Position numbers and translations under genes: made by a program. DNA of 64,000 bases from a virus. Its lineage: Duplodnaviria > Caudoviricetes. Positions 1-8,225 of the stretch are shown here, one piece after another (position 1 is the stretch's first letter; each line of letters starts with the position of its first letter). The DNA lies in IMG/VR virus record IMGVR_UViG_3300050498_000117, positions 1,135 through 65,134 of that record. The stretch is one strand, 5' to 3'. Below the pieces are notes generated by a model. It saw only the letters and a list, made by a program, of their open reading frames with translations, had not been told where the DNA came from and made no database searches.

Positions 1-3
1 GTC

Positions 4-117
4 ATGCGTACCAAGGCTCAGATGAAGGGATGCGCCGGTACTGCCGTTGGCGTCTTGGGCGTCATCGTCGCGTTCTTCGTGTTCGCGATGCTGGTAGCAA
101 GCGGGGTGATCAAGTGA
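4..117 (+). CDS. Membrane microprotein (37 aa)
   Basis: Manual translation MRTKAQMKGCAGTAVGVLGVIVAFFVFAMLVASGVIK; GTGA overlap with next ORF. Confidence 0.6.
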   Translation: MRTKAQMKGCAGTAVGVLGVIVAFFVFAMLVASGVIK

Positions 118-212
118 CCACAGCGCGGGTCCTTCTGATCCTCGCCTGTCTCTGCGCCATCGGCGCGGTGATCCTGTGCGCTATCGCGGGCCCTCCGGGG
201 GTGACGCAGTGA
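114..212 (+). CDS. Membrane microprotein (32 aa)
   Basis: MTTARVLLILACLCAIGAVILCAIAGPPGVTQ; 4-bp overlaps on both sides. Confidence 0.6.
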   Translation: MTTARVLLILACLCAIGAVILCAIAGPPGVTQ

Positions 213-307
213 GGGGAATTGCGATCTTCGTGTGCTTGCTCATCGCAGCAGGGTCCGGGGTAGCGCTCGGGTATGTGATGGGTGTTGGGGCGGTGGTGTG
301 TCCGTGA
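209..307 (+). CDS. Membrane microprotein (32 aa)
   Basis: MRGIAIFVCLLIAAGSGVALGYVMGVGAVVCP; not in ORF track; 4-bp overlaps. Confidence 0.6.
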   Translation: MRGIAIFVCLLIAAGSGVALGYVMGVGAVVCP

Positions 308-564
308 GCGCCCCCGCACCTACGCCCGCGCCGCGCCGCGAGGTGACGGCTGACTTGTCGTTCCTGGACCGGATCAAGGAATGGGTCGGGGACGCTTTCG
401 GCACGCTGATTGTTCAGCCGTGGTTCTGGACGGCGATCGGGGCAATTGTGGTCATGCTGTTGATCCGCAGTTTCCTCATGTCCCTCGGGCTTAAGTTGAA
501 GCCTGTGATCATCGTTGTGGTGACGGTAGCCGCCACGCTCATCGTGCTGGGGTTGACCCGGTGA
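304..564 (+). CDS. Two-TM membrane protein (86 aa)
   Basis: GTG start overlapping previous stop; two hydrophobic segments. Confidence 0.7.
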   Translation: MSAPAPTPAPRREVTADLSFLDRIKEWVGDAFGTLIVQPWFWTAIGAIVVMLLIRSFLMSLGLKLKPVIIVVVTVAATLIVLGLTR

Positions 565-719
565 CCCGCAAGCTGCTCCTGTGGTTTGGCATCTGCTTCC
601 TGATCTTCTTCGTGGCCTTCCGGCCAACCGCAGCCGCCAACGTGTTCAGCAGCCTCGGCGCCGGGATCATGAACGTCTGGCACGGCTTTGTCGCCTTCTG
701 GCAGAGCCTGTTCGGATGA
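561..719 (+). CDS. Small membrane protein (52 aa) resembling a conserved Micromonosporaceae small protein
   Basis: MTRKLLLWFGICFLIFFVAFRPTAAANVFSSLGAGIMNVWHGFVAFWQSLFG; resemblance recalled, not searched. Confidence 0.7.
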   Translation: MTRKLLLWFGICFLIFFVAFRPTAAANVFSSLGAGIMNVWHGFVAFWQSLFG

Positions 720-877
720 GGCGCATCGTCCTCGCCGCAGCCGTGGGGGTGACAGCAGCCGCCTGGTTTCTGTTCCTCTACGCATGGCAGGGGAAAGGGC
801 ACCTCGACCCTGGGGTCGGGGTGCTCTGCCTGCTATTGACCTACCTCACCTACCGAATTGGAAGGAGCAAGAGCTGA
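716..877 (+). CDS. Two-TM microprotein (53 aa)
   Basis: MRRIVLAAAVGVTAAAWFLFLYAW...; ATGA overlap. Confidence 0.65.
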   Translation: MRRIVLAAAVGVTAAAWFLFLYAWQGKGHLDPGVGVLCLLLTYLTYRIGRSKS

Positions 878-1047
878 TGCCGGCGTTCGTCGCCCTCGTT
901 ATGTGGATGGCCGGACTGGGAATGGTGATCAGCTACGCCGTGGTGCCGGAGGACGACGTGAAACGGGGGGACTTCCTCACCCTCGGCATCATCTTCTTCG
1001 TCATCGCCGCTGTAGCCACCTACGCGTCTACTCGGAGGGAGCCGTGA
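877..1047 (+). CDS. Two-TM microprotein (56 aa)
   Basis: MPAFVALVMWMAGLGMVISYAV...; TGATG overlap. Confidence 0.65.
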   Translation: MPAFVALVMWMAGLGMVISYAVVPEDDVKRGDFLTLGIIFFVIAAVATYASTRREP

Positions 1048-1151
1048 GCAACTGGGGCGGGCCGGGCAAGGGTTGGGGAGGCACGAGCCTCCTCGTCAGC
1101 ATGCTGATTGTCGCGGTGGTTAGCGTCGCGGTCCTGGTGCTCTGCGCATGA
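1044..1151 (+). CDS. Membrane microprotein (35 aa)
   Basis: MSNWGGPGKGWGGTSLLVSMLIVAVVSVAVLVLCA. Confidence 0.6.
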   Translation: MSNWGGPGKGWGGTSLLVSMLIVAVVSVAVLVLCA

Positions 1152-1246
1152 CAGGCTTCTACCGGTTCCTTGCAGTCCTTCTGACCGCGATCCTGCTCGC
1201 GGCCGGCGCGGCGTACGCCTGCGACGTGATCACCTTCGGGGCATGA
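1148..1246 (+). CDS. Membrane microprotein (32 aa)
   Basis: MTGFYRFLAVLLTAILLAAGAAYACDVITFGA; ends just before a terminator hairpin. Confidence 0.6.
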   Translation: MTGFYRFLAVLLTAILLAAGAAYACDVITFGA

Positions 1247-1247
1247 C

Positions 1248-1291
1248 CCAAGACTGTGGCCCCCAGCAAGTGCTGGGGGCCACAGTCTTGG
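1248..1291. terminator. Bidirectional terminator hairpin
   Basis: Perfect 21-bp inverted repeat CCAAGACTGTGGCCCCCAGCA-AG-TGCTGGGGGCCACAGTCTTGG between convergent genes. Confidence 0.85.
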
Positions 1292-1301
1292 CCGGACAGA
1301 G

Positions 1302-1706
1302 CTAGGGGACAGGGTACGACACGGACGTCTCCACCCCGACGCGCCTCATCTGCCGGATAGGCGTCACCACGTACCCCTGGTTAGAGATCCAGATCCGGGT
1401 GAACGACTTCGCCTCCTGCGAGTACCGCATAGTCACCACCTGCCCGCGACGTACACCGGGAACGAGGATCGACCCGGTGTACGTAACCGGAAAGGGGTCG
1501 AACTCCGTTTCGTCAACGGTGATCCACACCGTGCCCTTAGGTTTTTCCGGGCCGGGGGCCACCTCGTAGTGAGCAACGATCAGCGGGGGCCTGTCGAGGT
1601 CGACCTGTGGCTCTACCGGCTTCCGTGCCTGATGGGACAGGACGGTGAAGGCGACGAGCAGCGCGGTAGTGAACGCTACCCAGCCAGCCAGTTTCTTCAC
1701 GTGCAC
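1302..1706 (-). CDS. Membrane-anchored beta-rich protein
   Basis: N-terminal TM helix then alternating beta-strand pattern. Confidence 0.65.
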   Translation of the reverse strand: MHVKKLAGWVAFTTALLVAFTVLSHQARKPVEPQVDLDRPPLIVAHYEVAPGPEKPKGTVWITVDETEFDPFPVTYTGSILVPGVRRGQVVTMRYSQEAKSFTRIWISNQGYVVTPIRQMRRVGVETSVSYPVP

Positions 1707-1711
1707 TCCTT

Positions 1712-2170
1712 CTACTTGGTCAACGGGGGGACGAGCACCGAAGCGGCGCAGGGGTTGGGGGGGTCACCGGGGTAGCTGACGCGTACCTCGGGTGAGCGCG
1801 GGGCGTGCTTGCCGGACACGAGGATCGTGCAGGTGACGGACCTACGCTGGCTGATCGAGCCGAGAGGGGCGGCGGTAAGGAAGAACTCGACGGACTCGAA
1901 CGCGGGTACCGTAATGTCTTCCTTGTAGGTCTTGGACCAGCTTGCCTCGGTCCACTCCTGCCGTCCGTTGAGGGAGCTGAGGCTGTGGGCGCTGACGTAG
2001 GCGCTGGCCGCCTTGCCGGCTACGTCGCTGACCTCGACCTGGAGGGTGACGATCCGCTCGTCGCTGGTTGAGGTCTGCGTCACGTACCAGATGCTGCCGC
2101 CGCCGAGCAGCGCCACGACGGCAAGGATCTTGAGTTTCGTGCCGAACCTGATGCCGGTCTGCGTGGTCAT
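1712..2170 (-). CDS. Membrane-anchored Ig/MmpS-like protein
   Basis: ATG 2170 with AAGGAGG RBS; TM helix; VTCTILVSGK...C motif reminiscent of MmpS. Confidence 0.6.
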   Translation of the reverse strand: MTTQTGIRFGTKLKILAVVALLGGGSIWYVTQTSTSDERIVTLQVEVSDVAGKAASAYVSAHSLSSLNGRQEWTEASWSKTYKEDITVPAFESVEFFLTAAPLGSISQRRSVTCTILVSGKHAPRSPEVRVSYPGDPPNPCAASVLVPPLTK

Positions 2171-2193
2171 TTGATCGATGACCTCCTTTCTCT

Positions 2194-2212
2194 TGTATGA
2201 CGCTAACATACA
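2194..2212. promoter_or_regulatory. Operator TGTATG-N7-CATACA (perfect) in divergent promoter region
   Basis: TGTATG-ACGCTAA-CATACA; repeated elsewhere in the window. Confidence 0.75.
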
Positions 2213-2291
2213 CCCCTGACACTTTCTGTCCCCCGGCGGTGGTAGCGTCCGGCGTATCCGTGATGGAGACCCGCGAGAGGGGTGGGGCGCG

Positions 2292-2552
2292 ATGCCCAAA
2301 GAGATCATCCACGATCAAGTCGGACAGTTTGATCTTGTCGTGACCTGGTCAGCCGACGACGAGTACGTCCAGATCGGCATGCAGACCCGCGACGGTGTAT
2401 CGATAGCTGAGGTGCTCACCCCGGCCGACGTCCGCGCCGGGATCGTCCCTCTCTTCGAAAGCATCTGGGGGACGTTCAACCGACCTCAGCTTCAGCGCAC
2501 CCTCGCGGCTATCAAGCGCGCACGTAACAACGTCTACGGAGCTGACGAGTGA
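2292..2552 (+). CDS. Hypothetical actinophage protein
   Basis: 86-aa ORF with RBS; C-terminal AIKRARNNVYGADE typical of a recurrent actinophage family. Confidence 0.65.
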   Translation: MPKEIIHDQVGQFDLVVTWSADDEYVQIGMQTRDGVSIAEVLTPADVRAGIVPLFESIWGTFNRPQLQRTLAAIKRARNNVYGADE

Positions 2553-3382
2553 CCACCTACACGATCGACGCCACAGCGCCGGACGGCTCGGAGCTGACTG
2601 GGATACTGACGCACACCGCCACGCCGGAGCCAAACCCGCCGGAGCTGCACCTCGGGGTCAACTGTTCCGACGCGAACCTGGCCCGGGACCTGGGCTGGTA
2701 TCCACGCATGCGTTACCAGCGCGCGTTTGGGCCGACGAAGTGGCCCACCTCCCGACTGGCGTCCCTGCCGCGTCACATCCTGGTGCACGCCTCCTGCGAC
2801 GGGCCCTGGGTACCGGCGGAGTACCGGGCCTGGTGCGAGAAGCTGACCCGCCCGGTGCTGACGTCGTGGAAGCATGAGCCGCACGCGGGCAAGATCGCGC
2901 CGTCGGAATTCGTGGACACCTGCGAGGAGCTGGCGGAGATCTCCGCTGACTACCCGCTGGTGCTTGGGGCGGGGCCGGTGCTCACCCGCGCGTGGGTGCA
3001 GAACGGCGGCGACCCGCAGGTGTACCTGTTCAGGGGCGCGAAGTTCCTTGGGTTGGACACGTACAACAACCACTCCACCCTGTACCGGGAACCGCCGGAC
3101 ATGTTCGACCCGCGCCGGGCTGTGCTGTCGCTGGCGAAGGAGCACGACATCCAGGTCGTGTGGCCGGAGTGGGGGATCGAGAAGATCGGTTCGGACCCGT
3201 CGGGTGAGGGCCGCGCCCGCGCTATCCGCGATCAGGTGTACTACCTGCGGCTGTGGGCGGACAACGCCCCCGAGTACCTCATCCCGCCGTGTGTTGCCTG
3301 GTGGGACTTCGGGGGGGATGAGCTGGTAGGGGCGGATCCGGGGCGCCCAACCCTGATGACGCTGGTCGACCAACAGCGGTAG
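2549..3382 (+). CDS. Putative glycoside hydrolase (GH26-like TIM barrel)
   Basis: Motifs WKHEP, GLDTYN, PEWG, AWWD in clan GH-A order. Confidence 0.6.
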   Translation: MTTYTIDATAPDGSELTGILTHTATPEPNPPELHLGVNCSDANLARDLGWYPRMRYQRAFGPTKWPTSRLASLPRHILVHASCDGPWVPAEYRAWCEKLTRPVLTSWKHEPHAGKIAPSEFVDTCEELAEISADYPLVLGAGPVLTRAWVQNGGDPQVYLFRGAKFLGLDTYNNHSTLYREPPDMFDPRRAVLSLAKEHDIQVVWPEWGIEKIGSDPSGEGRARAIRDQVYYLRLWADNAPEYLIPPCVAWWDFGGDELVGADPGRPTLMTLVDQQR

Positions 3383-3461
3383 CCTGTTACTTCCCGGGTA
3401 GGTGCACCCTCGGGCGCGCGTCACGTGCACGTGACAGCGTCTGAGCCGGCCCGGGATTCAG

Positions 3462-3535
3462 AGCGCGATGGAGCAGCTCGGTAGCTCGCCAGCCTCATAA
3501 GCTGGAGGTCAGCGGTTCAAATCCGCTTCGCGCCA
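3462..3535 (+). tRNA. tRNA-Met(CAT), initiator-like body
   Basis: Full cloverleaf; D arm GAGC-AGCTCGGTA-GCTC, loop CTCATAA, T arm AGCGG-TTCAAAT-CCGCT; A1:C72 mismatch; no encoded CCA. Confidence 0.9.
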
Positions 3536-3536
3536 C

Positions 3537-3638
3537 GCCGGAAGTACCCGAAGTGGACACAACGGACTAGCTGCGTAGAGCCGCAGTGAAGGGGCTGGGT
3601 AGCGTCGGCCCACGCGGGTTCGAGTCCCGCCGCCGGTA
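3537..3638 (+). ncRNA. tRNA-like RNA (class II-like) with aberrant anticodon arm
   Basis: T arm GCGGG-TTCGAGT-CCCGC, variable-arm hairpin GGGCTG/CGGCCC, CTGCG/CGCAG stem with 6-nt loop TAGAGC, 5 of 7 acceptor pairs. Confidence 0.55.
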
Positions 3639-3641
3639 CAA

Positions 3642-3779
3642 GGGTTGACCTGTGTGCAGATTGGGGCTACTTCTCCTGTTAAGAGGGTGGTCCAGGTTCA
3701 AATCCTGGCGGGGGCTTCGGCTCCCGTAGCTCAACGGCAGAGCACCATGTACCTCGGTCGACTGGTTCTAGGTCAACCC
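3642..3779 (+). ncRNA. yrlA: YrlA-like Y RNA / circularly permuted tRNA-Asn mimic
   Basis: Terminal stem GGGTTGACCT/AGGTCAACCC; order anticodon-like arm (CTGTTAA), T arm, acceptor stem closed by TTCG, D arm; GGTCGA in lower stem. Confidence 0.75.
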
Positions 3780-3782
3780 GTC

Positions 3783-3884
3783 AGCTTGTGGCTCGGACCC
3801 CGTAGTCGGGGATAGGACGCAGCGGGAAGACCCAGCCGTAGGTTCGGTACCGGGACCTGCGGCTGGGCTCCGAGCGACCAAGCT
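3783..3884. ncRNA. Structured RNA of unknown class (or complex terminator)
   Basis: Stems AGCTTG/CAAGCT, GCTCGGA/TCCGAGC, CCCCG/CGGGG and 13-bp CCCAGCCGTAGGT/ACCTGCGGCTGGG. Confidence 0.45.
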
Positions 3885-4266
3885 AGGCGTGCGCTACGTA
3901 GGAACACTCGGCCGGTGACGGCGGGGCCTCATCCGCAACGATCTCCGCCCCACCGTGGTCGAGGATGTCTGCGGTGATCTGGCCAGGGCCTGCCGCATGG
4001 ACTACGAGAACGTCACCCTCGGACAGGACGTACACCCGGTTGAAGCCCCGGGTGTACCGCTGCGGGCCGGGCGGGTTGGGTACGCCGTTGACTGTGATGA
4101 GGACGGACACGGCCTGCGCGGCGGGGCGGTCCTTCGGGAACCAGTACACGCGGGCGGTGACGATCAGCCCTCTGCGGTCCAGGTTGGTGCGAGTGGCGTA
4201 GACGGCGACACTGCCCGCGAGGAGCAGTACAACAGCAGCTCCAGCGAGGCGGGTACGGACAGACAT
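3883..4266 (-). CDS. Membrane-anchored beta-rich protein
   Basis: N-terminal signal/TM segment, beta-rich remainder; RBS AAGGGGAG. Confidence 0.65.
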   Translation of the reverse strand: MSVRTRLAGAAVVLLLAGSVAVYATRTNLDRRGLIVTARVYWFPKDRPAAQAVSVLITVNGVPNPPGPQRYTRGFNRVYVLSEGDVLVVHAAGPGQITADILDHGGAEIVADEAPPSPAECSYVAHA

Positions 4267-4294
4267 GTCTCCCCTTCTGTTGTCTGTCGCGACG

Positions 4295-4594
4295 CTACAG
4301 CGGGTAGTGCTGGTAGTGGTTGTCGATCAGTGCGGTGAGCTGATCGCGCAGCAGCCTGGCATTTTCGAGGGTGAGGTGAACGGGGGCCTCGACCTTCGGC
4401 CCGTCGGGGTTGTTGAGGTTCTCCGGGGCGCAAGCGCGCAGCCAGATATGCGGTCCTTCCGCTGCGCTGGACTCGTAGACACTCACGGTGCTGCCGGTGG
4501 GTCGGGCGCCGTAGGAGCCGAGGATCTCGGGCATGTGGGTGAAGCCCCGGTCGGTAGTAGTGGCTTTCAGGTGAGCAAGCTCTGTATTGTCCAT
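4295..4594 (-). CDS. Hypothetical actinomycete phage protein
   Basis: MDNTELAHLK...RGFTHMP...VYESSAAEGPHIWL; operator-like site overlaps the start. Confidence 0.65.
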   Translation of the reverse strand: MDNTELAHLKATTTDRGFTHMPEILGSYGARPTGSTVSVYESSAAEGPHIWLRACAPENLNNPDGPKVEAPVHLTLENARLLRDQLTALIDNHYQHYPL

Positions 4595-4638
4595 GCAGAC
4601 AATGCTCCCCGAGTTTGACGGCGCCGTCAACACGACGA

Positions 4639-4953
4639 CTAGCTCAACTCCCCCGGGCGGGCCACCACCCAACGGCCACCGCGACGCACCTCGACCTTCA
4701 GCTCCTCCTCGGGGATGGCCAGCCGCTGCGCCTCGGCCTCTACCACGGCCAGCCGGCCGGTCTGAATGGCCAGCCACAGCCGGAACTCACGGGTGTCGAC
4801 CATCCGGCGGAACGCGGCCCGCTTGTTTTGAAGCTGGGACCGCTGCTCGCGGGCTTCACCCCGAGCACCGGAAGGGTGGTGGATGACCCGCGTCCCGGTG
4901 TCGCGTTTGTTCTGGTTCTGCCCACCATGGCCGCCGGCCCGGAAGTGCTGCAC
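4639..4953 (-). CDS. RF-1 domain peptidyl-tRNA hydrolase (GGQ, ArfB-like)
   Basis: FRAGGHGGQNQNKRDTG motif; the natural-looking ATG at 5005 is out of frame by one base. Confidence 0.85.
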   Translation of the reverse strand: MQHFRAGGHGGQNQNKRDTGTRVIHHPSGARGEAREQRSQLQNKRAAFRRMVDTREFRLWLAIQTGRLAVVEAEAQRLAIPEEELKVEVRRGGRWVVARPGELS

Positions 4954-5023
4954 TTCGCAGTCATGGATCGAGACGGACAGGATCCGCTGCCGCTCACCCC
5001 TTCATATAGTCACGCCATACAGC

Positions 5024-6639
5024 CTACAGCTGCCCAGGGCGGAGCGCCCAGCCAAGGCCGTCCCGCTGGCTTTCCTGGAGGCGGAACTGCTGGCCACAGG
5101 AACACTCCACGATGGTGCCCACTCCGATCTCCCGAGCGGCCACCAGAGCAGCGAATTCCGCATCCAGCTCAGGGCGGCAGTTGTGCTGCGGCCTGACCAG
5201 CTTGACGATCTTAGCCATCAACCCTCCAGAGAATCTGCGGGCCGTACATCCGATCGACTGTCCGGCGCCAGCGTCTATGTAGGTAGGCGCAGCGGACGCT
5301 CTGGCGCACAGCCCAAGGCACAACCCCCACGCCGCGCCGCCGCTGGAAACGTCGCTCGAGCCAGTACAGGAGCCGGTGGGTCAGCCTCTCCCAGACGTGG
5401 TGGTACAGGAACGCGACCAGGTAGGAGTGCCACGGCTGCGTGTAGACAGCCGTGTAGGTCTGCCGGTAGTCCCTCCCGTATAGGTGCCCGGTTTCATACC
5501 GGGCTGCCCGCAGCAGAGTAGGGCGCAGCCAGCCGTTGCGGCTGGCTGGTGCGTTGCCCGACCAGGTCATGACGCTTGTCCGGCCTGCCACAGCACCTCC
5601 GAACCGGCGGCCGGCTGCCCATTGCGTTCCCAGTGATGGTCGCTTTCCTCGCCGGGCCGGTCCAACCACAAGTTGTAGTAGTCGCCGACGCCGGACCGGC
5701 GGAAGCTGAGCACTTCCCGGTCGGGGTCCCACATGATCTGGTCGAAGGCCGGGTTGCCGGAGGCGAGAAGCGACAGCGCTGTAGCAATGCGATCAGTCAT
5801 CGACGGCCACCGACATCGACTCGATGTCGGTGGCGGAGAGCAGCCGGTCCCGCCACTGCGGCCCCCAGGTGTCTAACGGGAACGGCCCCGTCGTGGCGAT
5901 CTGCCCACCGGGGTTGATACCCAACTTATGGGAGACGAGCATCGCCCCAACCGGACTCGCTGCTGTAACGATGCAGACACCGAGGAAGCTGCGGCCCCCG
6001 GGGCGTATCTCGCCGGGCGGTACCCAAACGCTCGGATCGACGAACGACAGCCACCACAAAAATTTGGCAGCGCCGCTCTCCTCCAACGCCATCGCGGTAG
6101 CCACTGCCGCCTCGCGCCGCGCCTCGCGCCGCTGCTCCGCTCCATCGGTCACCTCGGCAGCTCCTGCATGTCCTCGACCAGGTCCAGCAGTCGGGCACGC
6201 CAACGAGCGCCTTCCCGGTCCTGCGCGATGTGCACGTGAAGATCAGCCAGGACGGGGGTCACGCTGACGACACCTTTGGTCAGCTCCAGCGCCTGCCTGA
6301 TCTGCTCGGCGTCGTCTTCGTGGAGGTCCCGATCCAGGATCACCACGTATCCAGAGTGCCGGTCGGTCACCGCACACCCCAGTCATCACCCACAAGGACA
6401 GGCTGCGTCGCGTCTACCGGCTCGGTGTGACGCTTAGTGGTAGCCCACGGAACCCCATAGGGGCCCAGCTCCTCGAGCTTCGCCACCACATACCTGAGCT
6501 GCGCCAGCAGCATCATCCGCTCCAGGGGGCGCATGTCGTCGAGGGTGTCATCTTCGGCCTTCTCGACGATCGGGACCATACCCTTACCGTCGCGGCCGGT
6601 GTAGTACAGCTCGAACGCGGGACGCTGCCTAGTCGACAT
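5024..6639 (-). other. Run of coupled small hypothetical CDSs (5024-5218, 5211-5570, 5567-5800, 5793-6152, 6149-6370, 6367-6639)
   Basis: Consecutive start/stop overlaps and protein-like composition; no function recognised. Confidence 0.6.
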
Positions 6640-7182
6640 CGTGGTCCTCCCTGATCGCTTCGCGTACGGCCGGGCCCTGCACCTCGAGGGTCAACGCGCC
6701 GATGTCCAGCCGGATGGCCTTGTGGTAGTACTGCCGGTAGTTCAGCCTGAGGTACACGTCGGTCTGGTCAGCCATGAGGGCCCGCATCGATCAGGCGGAA
6801 CTGGACCTGGGCACCGTCCAGCTCGGTCAGATCACGACCCTGGAACCTGAGGTCCATGTGCGTAGCAAGCCGAGGCTCCCGACCATCGCGGGTCTCCTGA
6901 ACGACGCGAACGAGGGGCGAGTTGCTGCCCCACGTGTACTCCATCCACTTGCCGGACGGTCCGCCCGCTGCGGAGACAGCCATGCAGATCTTGAAGGTGT
7001 CGGCGTCGAGCCGCTCACAGGTGAATCGCTCGATGCGTCCCCAGATAGGAGCGTGCCTGATGACGTCGTCAGCCTCATGTTCGGTCACTGTGCGTGTCTC
7101 TCCTTCGGTCTCGGCCCGGTGATCCGGGGCACTCCTACCCGCCAGTAACAACGTTTCGTACGGGTATAGCCACACTTCCTGG

Positions 7183-7755
7183 TCACGCTGCGTTGACATG
7201 GAACTCGCCTTCGATCGCGGTGCGCCGGGCCTCCACCTCCGCGAGGCCCTCCAGCACCCGCTGCCGCCGGACGGACAGCTCCTCGGATGCGATGACGACC
7301 GTAGTGTGTTCCTCGACCTGCACCGGGGCGTCGAGGCCGAGTACCCGCGCCTCCCGTTCCATGACCTTCAGCACAATCTCGGCTGCTTTCGGGTCTGGGG
7401 GGACACCCTGCGCTACCGATCCGAGCGCCATAGGCAGCCAGCGGCGGTACAGGGACTCCAGCCTGTCGACGTAGAGGGCCCGCGCCTGCGCGAGGGTGGT
7501 GGCGGAGAACTCGACAGCCCGTTTCGCGAGGGCCCGCTGGCAGAGCTGCACGGCGCTGCCAGCGCCCCGAAGCCCGAGGACGGTCGCGATCTGCTTGTAT
7601 GTGGCGCCGGCCACCATCAGGTCGAGCGCGCGGCGTTCCCGCTCGTTGATGGTGGAGGAGTTGGCGCGGGTCTTGGTGATGGCCTGCCGCAGGTCGATCC
7701 CAACCGCGTCGCGGATCTCCGGGACGGTCATCGCTGAGGTGTCCATGTCAGGCAC
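7183..7755 (-). CDS. Terminase small subunit-like HTH protein
   Basis: RALDLMVAGATYKQIATVLG HTH plus KAAEIVLKVMEREARVLGLDAP motif of actinophage TerS. Confidence 0.7.
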   Translation of the reverse strand: MPDMDTSAMTVPEIRDAVGIDLRQAITKTRANSSTINERERRALDLMVAGATYKQIATVLGLRGAGSAVQLCQRALAKRAVEFSATTLAQARALYVDRLESLYRRWLPMALGSVAQGVPPDPKAAEIVLKVMEREARVLGLDAPVQVEEHTTVVIASEELSVRRQRVLEGLAEVEARRTAIEGEFHVNAA

Positions 7756-8225
7756 CGAACCTGCGGCGGGACGCCTCGTACGCGGCCGGGGGAGCGCTGC
7801 CCTGCGGGGCGACGTACCGGATGCAGGCGGAGCAGGGGGTGGGGTGCTTGAACTGGACGACGAGCTGGTAGCAGTCCATGCCCTGCTCGGGGTGGCACAG
7901 GTCGAGCCAGGTCTGGTCGTCGTCGGCTGCCCTGTCGTCGAGGGCCACCCAGGCTACCCGCGCGTGCCCGCGCGCAGGCTGCCGGCAGTGCGCGCAGAAC
8001 ACCAGGTCAGCCATCAGGCAGCACCCGCTTACGGACCTCATCGGGTTCGCAGCTGTACACCACGTAGGAGACCTGCCCCGGGAACAGCCGGCGCAGCGCG
8101 GCGGCTACCTCGTCATGCCGGGGCAGGTACCGGCCGGGGAGGTACAGCTCGAACGGCTCCCGCTGCGCATAGCTCTCCCGGAGCTGCGCGGCGGTGCGCT
8201 GAGCTGCCTCGGTTGCGTCAGCCAC
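7748..8225 (-). other. Two small hypothetical CDSs (7748-8014 Cys-rich; 8007-8225)
   Basis: ORF track; CxxC motifs; coupled overlaps. Confidence 0.5.

Noticed and set aside
3783-3884. SRP RNA (ffs)
   Set aside because: GCAGC/GGAA words are present but not arranged as helix 8 with a GNRA-capped symmetric loop.
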